From contig CAZIAL010000002.1 of the NCBI GenBank assembly GCA_964536965.1, forward strand, positions 72,326 to 136,325: a stretch of 64,000 nt of DNA, written 5' to 3'. Below, in pieces: positions 58,133 to 64,000 of this stretch. The stretch comes from an uncultured Bacteriovoracaceae bacterium. Lineage in GTDB: Bacteria; Bdellovibrionota; UBA1018. A program made the position numbers and the translations under genes. Below the pieces are notes generated by a model. The model was not told the DNA's origin and searched no databases. It saw nothing but the letters and a program-made list of their open reading frames with translations. Positions within the stretch are counted from its first letter, which is position 1. Every line of letters begins with the position of its first letter.

Positions 58133-58761
58133 CGCGTCGATTTCTTCCGCCCGCCGGATTTCCAGCCGGGACGGAGCTTGAACTTTTTCTCGAGATCCTG
58201 GACGAGCTCTGACATCGGGAGTCCGACAACATTCGAGTACGAGCCGCGGATTTCCTGGATCAGGCACATTCCGATACCCTGCGCCGCATAGGCGCCCGCT
58301 TTATCCATGGGTTCACCGCTCTCGACATAATCGGCGATTTCCCCCGGCGTGAGTTTTCGCATCTTCACGGACGTCGAAACCACGGCATCGTGCCAGCGCT
58401 GGATCTTCCCCCCCGAAAACGCGCAGATCACATATCCCGTCAGAACGGTGTGGGTCTTTCCTGCGATCGTCCGCAGCATTTTGCGCGCTTCGGTAACGGA
58501 GAGCGGCTTGTTCAACACCCGTTTGCGATCGGGAGAAACCACGGTCGTATCCGCAGCGATGAGGAGGCCGTCCTCTCCGCCGCGAACTTTTTCGAAAGCG
58601 GCGAGCGCTTTCTCGGTCGCGAATCGCGCGACCATCTTCCGGGGGGATTCGCCGGGGCACTCGACTTCGTCGGTTTCAGGTTTCACGATTTCGAAGGCGA
58701 AACCGATTTCCCGAAGGAGCTGTTGGCGGCGAGGGGAAGTGGAAGCGAGGTAAATCTTCAT
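58129..58761 (-). CDS. maf: Maf-family nucleoside-triphosphate pyrophosphatase
   Basis: 210 aa. IYLASTSPRRQQLL, ADTTVV and KAGAYAAQG motifs. Confidence 0.92.
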   Translation of the reverse strand: MKIYLASTSPRRQQLLREIGFAFEIVKPETDEVECPGESPRKMVARFATEKALAAFEKVRGGEDGLLIAADTTVVSPDRKRVLNKPLSVTEARKMLRTIAGKTHTVLTGYVICAFSGGKIQRWHDAVVSTSVKMRKLTPGEIADYVESGEPMDKAGAYAAQGIGMCLIQEIRGSYSNVVGLPMSELVQDLEKKFKLRPGWKSGGRKKSTR

Positions 58762-58798
58762 GGACGGTCCGGGGGATGGGGTGCGCTCTTCGTCGGTT

Positions 58799-59782
58799 TC
58801 AGTAATAGAACTGATTCACGATGTAACGGAACTGGTCCTTGAATTCACGGATATTGTCGAGGCGCTCGAAGATCACGCAAACTTCCGTTTTCGAGTTCTT
58901 CTCGGAGAGAAAGAGCAGCGAGCCCCCGGTGCGAAAGGTGGTGGCCAGGCCGAGGCCCGCGCCGGCGACGCTGACCTTCATTTTATACTGTTCGTCTTTG
59001 TAGACCGTCGACAGATGGCGCAGCACCTTCTCCTTGTCGATGGACCCGTACTGATCAGTCGCGCAGATGCCGACTTGGACGCCGTCGAACGCGATCGAGA
59101 CGTCGATCGACGCCCGGTCCGAGAGTTCGATGTCCGTGTCCCGCGGGGTCTGCTCGTAGATACGGCGACCGGTCGCGTCCGTCGGAGCGGCGAAAATCGC
59201 GTTCATGATCAGCTCGTCGACGGCGTTCGCGATTGTATTCGCCATGCGAGTCGGATACTTCGCCTTGATCAGGTATGCGCGGAGCGCTTCTACGACCTGT
59301 TGTTTCTGGGTCGACCGCTTCATCTGGATCGTCTGGACTTGGGACTTCGGGTGGAAAAAATTCCGAATGCCGAAAGCGCGCTCGAGCAAGGTCGCTTTCA
59401 CGACATAGGAATAGCGGATGCCCGCCTTCGCGGCTTTGTCGGGTCCGGAATATTTCCGCAGCACGAAGTTTCCGAAAAGGGGGCTTTCCGTGAGGAACTT
59501 TCGCTCTTCCAGGTCGAGATCGGAGAGGTAGTGGAACCGGTTCGTATTCACGCGATCGCTGAACAATCCGACTTGGTCGTGGATCGCCGATTCGAAGGCG
59601 CGGAAACCCGGCTCGGTCCCGAAGTCGACGAAGATCGCTCCGACGTCCTTCTCCTTGATGAGATCCGCGATCTGCATCAGATCCACGGACTGGACGAATT
59701 CGAGTTCCGCCGTCTCCGCGATTTTCTGCGCGAAGACGACGTCGTCGGGTCGGTTTGAGACGAGGATGAGGGTTTGGGCCAC
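58799..59782 (-). CDS. two-domain regulator: receiver-like N-terminus plus RsbW/SpoIIAB-like GHKL serine-kinase C-terminus
   Basis: 327 aa with a GTG start. The N-terminus (TLILVSNRPDD...GAIFVDF) has a CheY-like beta-alpha pattern. The C-terminus has an N-box-like VDELIMNAI and a G-box-like VAGAGLGLATTF. Called from motifs and from its position next to STAS and PP2C genes. Confidence 0.5.
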   Translation of the reverse strand: MAQTLILVSNRPDDVVFAQKIAETAELEFVQSVDLMQIADLIKEKDVGAIFVDFGTEPGFRAFESAIHDQVGLFSDRVNTNRFHYLSDLDLEERKFLTESPLFGNFVLRKYSGPDKAAKAGIRYSYVVKATLLERAFGIRNFFHPKSQVQTIQMKRSTQKQQVVEALRAYLIKAKYPTRMANTIANAVDELIMNAIFAAPTDATGRRIYEQTPRDTDIELSDRASIDVSIAFDGVQVGICATDQYGSIDKEKVLRHLSTVYKDEQYKMKVSVAGAGLGLATTFRTGGSLLFLSEKNSKTEVCVIFERLDNIREFKDQFRYIVNQFYY

Positions 59783-59800
59783 CAGTAATCCGACTGGCCG

Positions 59801-60265
59801 TTATCGTGAGAGGAAAGAGAAATACTCTTCTTCGATGTCGTCGAAGACTGCTTTACCCGAACACTTCGTGCATTTCAGCTCCGGCAGCTGAATCGAGTTT
59901 GGATTCAGGTCAGCGGTGCGGAAAAGCGCGATGAGCTCGGCCTTGCAGTTGGTGCAGGCGAACGGCACATAGATCGACTCGACGGTTCCGCCGCAGACGA
60001 AGTTCGAGATGAGGTTCACCTGCTCCACGATGGCGGTCGAACATTGGAAGAAAGTCATCTTCACGTTCTTCGCCTGAAGGGTCTGGAAGTACTTGATCCA
60101 GCCTTTTACGCCGACCGAGTTGATTCGAGTGATTTCTTTGCAGTCGACGCGAACCTCGGCGGGCGTCGGGCCGACCATTTCTTCCAGGTTCACGGTTTCC
60201 TCGATGGAACCGGAGAGCCGGATGGTTAGGATGTTTCCGTTCGCTTCTTTCGCGACCTTGATCAT
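59801..60265 (-). CDS. STAS-domain anti-sigma-antagonist-like protein fused to a C-terminal CxxC...CxxC zinc ribbon
   Basis: 154 aa. ILTIRLSGSI...DCKEITRINSVGVKGWIKY matches the STAS/SpoIIAA pattern, with a Ser in the phosphorylatable position. The C-terminus carries CTNC-X25-CTKC. Confidence 0.65.
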   Translation of the reverse strand: MIKVAKEANGNILTIRLSGSIEETVNLEEMVGPTPAEVRVDCKEITRINSVGVKGWIKYFQTLQAKNVKMTFFQCSTAIVEQVNLISNFVCGGTVESIYVPFACTNCKAELIALFRTADLNPNSIQLPELKCTKCSGKAVFDDIEEEYFSFLSR

Positions 60266-60331
60266 GGGGAATTACCTCTGCGGGAGCCGCAATCTATTGA
60301 AATCTTTCTAAATTCCGGGGAGACTTTGAGT

Positions 60332-62242
60332 ATGGGGCAACAGAACTTTCGAGTCAAATTCTCACTCGGGTCGAAACTCGTCTTGAGTTTAAGTCTGTTG
60401 TTTTTCGTCATCGTCGGTTTTTTGAGCTATTCCGCGGTAAAACTCGTGGTTGATGACAAGGTGGATTACGCCTTCCAGCTGAAGTCGATGGAGGCTTACA
60501 TAGCGGGTCAAGACTTTAACGAGAAAGTCCGCCCGGTCATCGATAACCTCCGACTCTATCTTACGACTTTCGATCCGCGCCTCCCGGTGACCCCTATCCA
60601 GACGGATAACCTGAAAAACCTCGTCCACTCCCAGCTGGAGGCGGGTCTCTATCTTTCCTTTCTCGTGAAGCCGGACGGTACCGCCACAATTTTGACGAAA
60701 AACACCAACGAAGAGGTGCTGAAGAAGGCGGGGTACAACCCCGACGCCATCGCGCCCGACACCGAGCTGCTGAAAAAGGTCCGGGAGGAGGTTCAGGAAA
60801 GATCTTTCTCCTTCCAGAACTTTCCGCAGCCGGGCGGCATTCCGCTTCTTCTCGTGGCGTTCGGCGATGTCGGTCTGAAGGATTACGAAAAAGGGATGCC
60901 CATCGGCATCGCGTTCATCGACGGTCGGTCCCTGATTTCTAACGCCCGCTTCGGCGAGACGACGATCACGACCCCGACCGGAAGAGTCCTCGCTTCGACG
61001 AATGCTCGGCTGAACCTCGAATCGCCGAATATCGCCGCGCATCCGAATTTCGTCGGCGCCACCGCCGCGAAAATGGGTTCCGGCACGAAGGAATTCGAAA
61101 TCGACGGCAAAGTCTATCTGGGCGCCTTTCGCCGTCTTCCCATCGGACCGATTGTACTGACGCAGCTGGAAAAAAGAAAAGCGATCGAAGCTGCGTTCAC
61201 GCTGGGAGAACGGCTCGGCATGATGGGGATCATTTCCATCATCGCGGCGATCCTATTCGCCATCGTATTCTCCAATTCCATCACGAAACCGCTCAAGCAG
61301 CTGACGCTCGCGACCGCCGCCGTGGCCCGTGGGGAGTTCAACATCGAATCGAAGGTGAAGACGCGCGACGAAGTCGGAATGCTCGCGAACTCCTTCGATC
61401 TCATGTCGAAGAAGATCCAGGAACTGATCGTCGAACAGGTGAAAAAGGCTCATATGGCGGAGGAGCTGAAAGTCGCCGCGGCGGTGCAGGAGAGCCTGAT
61501 TCCGCCGCCCGAGTACCGGGACGACCACCTCGAGATCATCGGAAGTTATCAGTCCGCATCCGAATGCGGCGGGGACTGGTGGGGGTTCTTTCGGATCAAG
61601 AACAAACTTTGCGTGATGATCGCGGACGCGACCGGTCACGGAGTTCCGTCCGCCCTGATCACCGCTTCCGCCCGAAGCTGTTTTTCGGTTCTGGCGAAGT
61701 TGGCCCAGGAGAAAGCGTTCTTCCGCCTCTCGCCGGGCGAGATGATGTCCTACACCAATCGGGTGATCTTCGACGCCGCTATGACGAAGATCATGATGAC
61801 CTTCTTTATCGGGGTGATCGACCTCGAGGCGAAGACGATCACTTACGCGAACGCCGGCCACAATCCTCCCTGGCTTTTTCGAAAAAACGGCGAGCGCTTC
61901 GAGCTGAAGTCGCTGCTTTCGAGGGGGAATCGTCTGGGCGAAGTCGAGGAGTCGGGACTTTACGAGGAAGCGACCCTCCCGATGGATATCGAGGACATCC
62001 TCTTTCTCTACACCGATGGACTCGTGGAGAATAAGAACGAAGGCGGAGAGCAGTACGGCAAGAAGCGCACGAAGAAGATCGTCGAAGAGAATCTCGTGAA
62101 CGGCCCGCGCGGAATCATCGATGCGCTGAAAAAATCTTATATGGAGTATAACGGAAGCGTGAAGTCGCTCGACGACGACATCACGCTCGCCTCGATTCGG
62201 ATTCATGCCGAAGCGCAGGCGTCAGCAGAGCCGACGGCTTAA
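60332..62242 (+). CDS. membrane sensor phosphatase: TM - extracytoplasmic domain - TM - HAMP - PP2C (SpoIIE/RsbU type)
   Basis: The ATG at 60332 has a GGAG 9 nt upstream (TTG 60326 is an alternative). TM helices LVLSLSLLFFVIVGFLSYSAV and IISIIAAILFAIVFS. HAMP segment (PLKQLTLATAAVARGEFN...VGMLANSFDLM). PP2C motifs GGDWW, DATGHGVPSAL, NAGHNPP, YTDGL and DDITL. Confidence 0.85.
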   Translation: MGQQNFRVKFSLGSKLVLSLSLLFFVIVGFLSYSAVKLVVDDKVDYAFQLKSMEAYIAGQDFNEKVRPVIDNLRLYLTTFDPRLPVTPIQTDNLKNLVHSQLEAGLYLSFLVKPDGTATILTKNTNEEVLKKAGYNPDAIAPDTELLKKVREEVQERSFSFQNFPQPGGIPLLLVAFGDVGLKDYEKGMPIGIAFIDGRSLISNARFGETTITTPTGRVLASTNARLNLESPNIAAHPNFVGATAAKMGSGTKEFEIDGKVYLGAFRRLPIGPIVLTQLEKRKAIEAAFTLGERLGMMGIISIIAAILFAIVFSNSITKPLKQLTLATAAVARGEFNIESKVKTRDEVGMLANSFDLMSKKIQELIVEQVKKAHMAEELKVAAAVQESLIPPPEYRDDHLEIIGSYQSASECGGDWWGFFRIKNKLCVMIADATGHGVPSALITASARSCFSVLAKLAQEKAFFRLSPGEMMSYTNRVIFDAAMTKIMMTFFIGVIDLEAKTITYANAGHNPPWLFRKNGERFELKSLLSRGNRLGEVEESGLYEEATLPMDIEDILFLYTDGLVENKNEGGEQYGKKRTKKIVEENLVNGPRGIIDALKKSYMEYNGSVKSLDDDITLASIRIHAEAQASAEPTA

Positions 62243-62257
62243 GGTAAGGAGCGTTCA

Positions 62258-63772
62258 ATGGAAGAACAAAATTTCGAGGCGGAATCGGGCGGTAAAGGCA
62301 GAAAGATCATGATCGCCCTGCTGGTGGTTCTTCTCGCGGGAGCGACCGGCCTTTACGTCTCGGGAGTTTCGATCAAATCGCTGCTTTTCGGCGGAGCCGC
62401 GGAAGACGGCGAGCAGGTCGGCGTCGTAAAATCCGTGACCGGTCAGCTGAAGCGGCAGCCGAAGGACTCTCTCGAGTTCCTGGACGCGCCCGTGAACGCG
62501 AATTTATACAACGAAGACACCGTAATGACCGGACCTGAGGACCGCGCGACCATCGAGCTTTTCGACGGTTCGATTCTGGAGCTCGAGCCGGGGTCCCTGA
62601 TCCGGCTGACGTTCGAATCGATCCAAGGCGCGGCCGGAATCGAACGTCGCGTCCTTGTCGATATCGTCGCGGGTAACGTGAAGGGAGACATGACTCGTCC
62701 GAAACTCGTCGTTCGACGCGGCGGCCAGCCTGTCGCGCGTCCGTCGCCGAGCCCCACTCCCTCTCCGGAACCTTCACCGGAGCCCTCTCCGAGTCCGTCC
62801 CCCACCCCGTCGCCCAGCCCGTCCCCAAGTCCGTCTCCGACTCCCGCCTTGGCGGGGACGCTGAAGATTACCACCCCGACGGCAGGCCAAGTATTCACGA
62901 TTCCCGCTGGCCAGGCGCCGCCCTTGAAGCAAGCGCTTATCTTCGAATCTCCGGCGGAGAAAGAAGCCGAAGTTCTGATGGTTCTGAAGAATGCCTCGGG
63001 TAAAGAGCTGCTGAAACGACCGGTGAAAGCCAACCGAGGACGCGGTGGTCTGATGGCCACGTTCGAACGTCCGGGCAATTACTCGCTCGAAGTACGGAAT
63101 CCCGATGGAACTCCGATCGGCCGCGGAGTCCGCGCGCCGTTCACCATCGCCGCCGATTACGAGGGGATCGTCACCGAAGCCCCGCTCGTCGGAGGAGAGC
63201 CGATCGACTCGAACCAGTTCACGGGGAAAAAGCTCCAGGAATTCGATGTCGTCCTTCGCTGGAAACCCATGGAAGGAATCGAAAAATATCGGGTGTTCGT
63301 GAAGAACAGCGCGGGAAAAACCCTCGTCGATGAGCAGGTGACCGGTTCGACCTATGCTTTCCCGAAGGGAAAGATCCACACCGATCCACTCGTCTATCAG
63401 ATCCGCGCGGAGTACCCGAACGGATACGCGGCGGTTTCGAAGCAAGAACAGTTCATGTTCAACTTCAACTCGCCGCCCCTGACCATGCCGACCGATGGCG
63501 AGGCCATTTCGCTCGCGGATCCCGAAGTCCAGAAGCAGAAAGGGATCTTCTTCTCCTGGCAGCGGACGACGTTCACCGAAGCTTACGAGTTCGAGATCGC
63601 CGCTGATCCTCAGTTCCAGAAGGTCCTGAAAAAGGTCATGGTGAAGGGTAAGGATAACTTCCTGATTTTCCGGAATCTGAAGCCCGCGACCTATTACTGG
63701 CGCGTGCGAGCGGCGGCGGGAGCGATGCGAAGCCCACCGATGCCGGGATTTAAGCTCGTTTTAAACCCCTAA
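62258..63772 (+). CDS. membrane-anchored FecR-domain protein with Pro/Ser linker and FN3/Ig-like repeats
   Basis: AAGGAG SD. TM helix IMIALLVVLLAGATGLYV. FecR-like segment (VVKSVTGQLKRQ...EDTVMTGPEDRATIELFDGSILELEPGSLIRL). A 35-aa (PS/PT/PE)n linker. C-terminal modules with LRWKP...YRVFV...YQIRAE and FSWQ...YEFEIA...YYWRVRA patterns. Confidence 0.6.
   Translation: MEEQNFEAESGGKGRKIMIALLVVLLAGATGLYVSGVSIKSLLFGGAAEDGEQVGVVKSVTGQLKRQPKDSLEFLDAPVNANLYNEDTVMTGPEDRATIELFDGSILELEPGSLIRLTFESIQGAAGIERRVLVDIVAGNVKGDMTRPKLVVRRGGQPVARPSPSPTPSPEPSPEPSPSPSPTPSPSPSPSPSPTPALAGTLKITTPTAGQVFTIPAGQAPPLKQALIFESPAEKEAEVLMVLKNASGKELLKRPVKANRGRGGLMATFERPGNYSLEVRNPDGTPIGRGVRAPFTIAADYEGIVTEAPLVGGEPIDSNQFTGKKLQEFDVVLRWKPMEGIEKYRVFVKNSAGKTLVDEQVTGSTYAFPKGKIHTDPLVYQIRAEYPNGYAAVSKQEQFMFNFNSPPLTMPTDGEAISLADPEVQKQKGIFFSWQRTTFTEAYEFEIAADPQFQKVLKKVMVKGKDNFLIFRNLKPATYYWRVRAAAGAMRSPPMPGFKLVLNP
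62741..62845 (+). repeat. low-complexity coding repeat encoding (Pro-Ser/Thr/Glu)n linker
   Basis: Translates to PSPSPTPSPEPSPEPSPSPSPTPSPSPSPSPSPTP. The CCG/TCN dinucleotide-codon periodicity is visible in the DNA. Confidence 0.9.
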
Positions 63773-63791
63773 TCGCGGAATTGGCCCCTTC

Positions 63792-64000
63792 CTAATAGGT
63801 GACTCCGACGGAGAATTCCGTTAGGTTGGTCCCGTTATGGCAGCCGTCACTCAGTATCTTTGTACCGTACGATCCCACCGGATGATTACGCCGACCGTCT
63901 ACGAACTCGCATTCGACGCCGAGCCGATCCCTTCGACGGATCCGGCGAAACCGGCTCCGACCGAGCCGTTCCATTTCGAAGCGGGCCAGTACATCAGCAT
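63792..64000 (-). CDS. possible 3' end of a gene running off the window (beta-barrel-like C-terminus ...NLTEFSVGVTY)
   Basis: The minus-strand frame ending at TAG 63792 stays open to the window edge. The last ~40 aa show an alternating-strand pattern ending in an aromatic residue. The upstream part is Arg-rich, and another minus-strand frame is also open over 63899..64000, so the call is weak. Confidence 0.25.
   Translation of the reverse strand, partial: ADVLARFEMERLGRSRFRRIRRRDRLGVECEFVDGRRNHPVGSYGTKILSDGCHNGTNLTEFSVGVTY

Noticed and set aside
58760-59758. 332-aa plus-strand ORF antisense to the kinase-like gene, and 61253..62206 antisense to the PP2C gene
   Set aside because: Asp/Arg/Val-rich shadow frames. 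The sense-strand products carry the recognisable GHKL and PP2C motifs.
62373-63445. Minus-strand ORFs (151, 211, 223 aa) antisense to the FecR-like gene
   Set aside because: These are Arg/Gly/Ser-rich mirror frames of the Pro/Ser-rich linker and GC-rich coding region, with no independent support.

Overview
Gene-dense, GC-rich chromosomal window (roughly 58-60% GC by eye) from a Gram-negative bacterium. The gene content (SpoVG, DUF1844, PilT, Flp pilin, FtsI with a PASTA tail, secreted peptidases, hut genes) is reminiscent of Bdellovibrionota/Myxococcota-type genomes. The taxon cannot be established without a database search. All calls come from motif recognition in the supplied ORF translations plus manual inspection of start/stop junctions and intergenic DNA. 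I saw no rRNA, CRISPR array, transposase, integrase or obvious prophage.

Layout:
- 1-4.2 kb: TPR protein, serS plus tRNA-Ser(UGA), and two orphan genes.
- 4.2-26.8 kb: a 22.5-kb co-directional minus-strand array. In transcription order it runs mtgA - transpeptidase PBP - dtd - rsmH - ftsL - ftsI - murE - [one plus-strand insert] - mraY - murD - ftsW - murG - murC - murB - pilT - membrane protein - DUF1844 - htrA - clpB - spoVG.
- 26.8-36.2 kb: mixed housekeeping and accessory genes. These are an amn-like gene, mreB, a secreted C1 peptidase, two overlapping PTPS/QueD-like genes plus a divergent SDR, rlmE, an SLT-like secreted protein, a RibD-C-like reductase, an orphan Flp pilin, a TlpA-like thioredoxin and a PAP2 protein.
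- 36.2-43.4 kb: a tightly packed def-fmt-rpe-hutH-hutU-orf-hutI array.
- 43.4-56 kb: lptF/G-like permease, tandem lepB, galU-orf-priA-orf, an OMP, mgtE and a CPA2 antiporter.
- 56-57.4 kb: a tRNA-Arg(CCG) islet with a four-helix-bundle gene and an inverted tRNA fragment.
- 57.4-63.8 kb: yggS-maf preceded by a sigma-less partner-switching module (STAS-Zn-ribbon, REC-like/RsbW-like kinase, divergent HAMP-PP2C phosphatase) and a FecR-like surface protein.

Most noteworthy observations:
- the non-canonical dcw cluster, which lacks mraZ, murF, ddl and ftsQAZ and is split by an antisense secreted two-repeat acidic-tail gene;
- the split GT51/transpeptidase pair heading that cluster;
- the unusual partner-switching module;
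- the Flp(CPGC)-TlpA-PAP2 trio;
- the tRNA-Arg inverted fragment.
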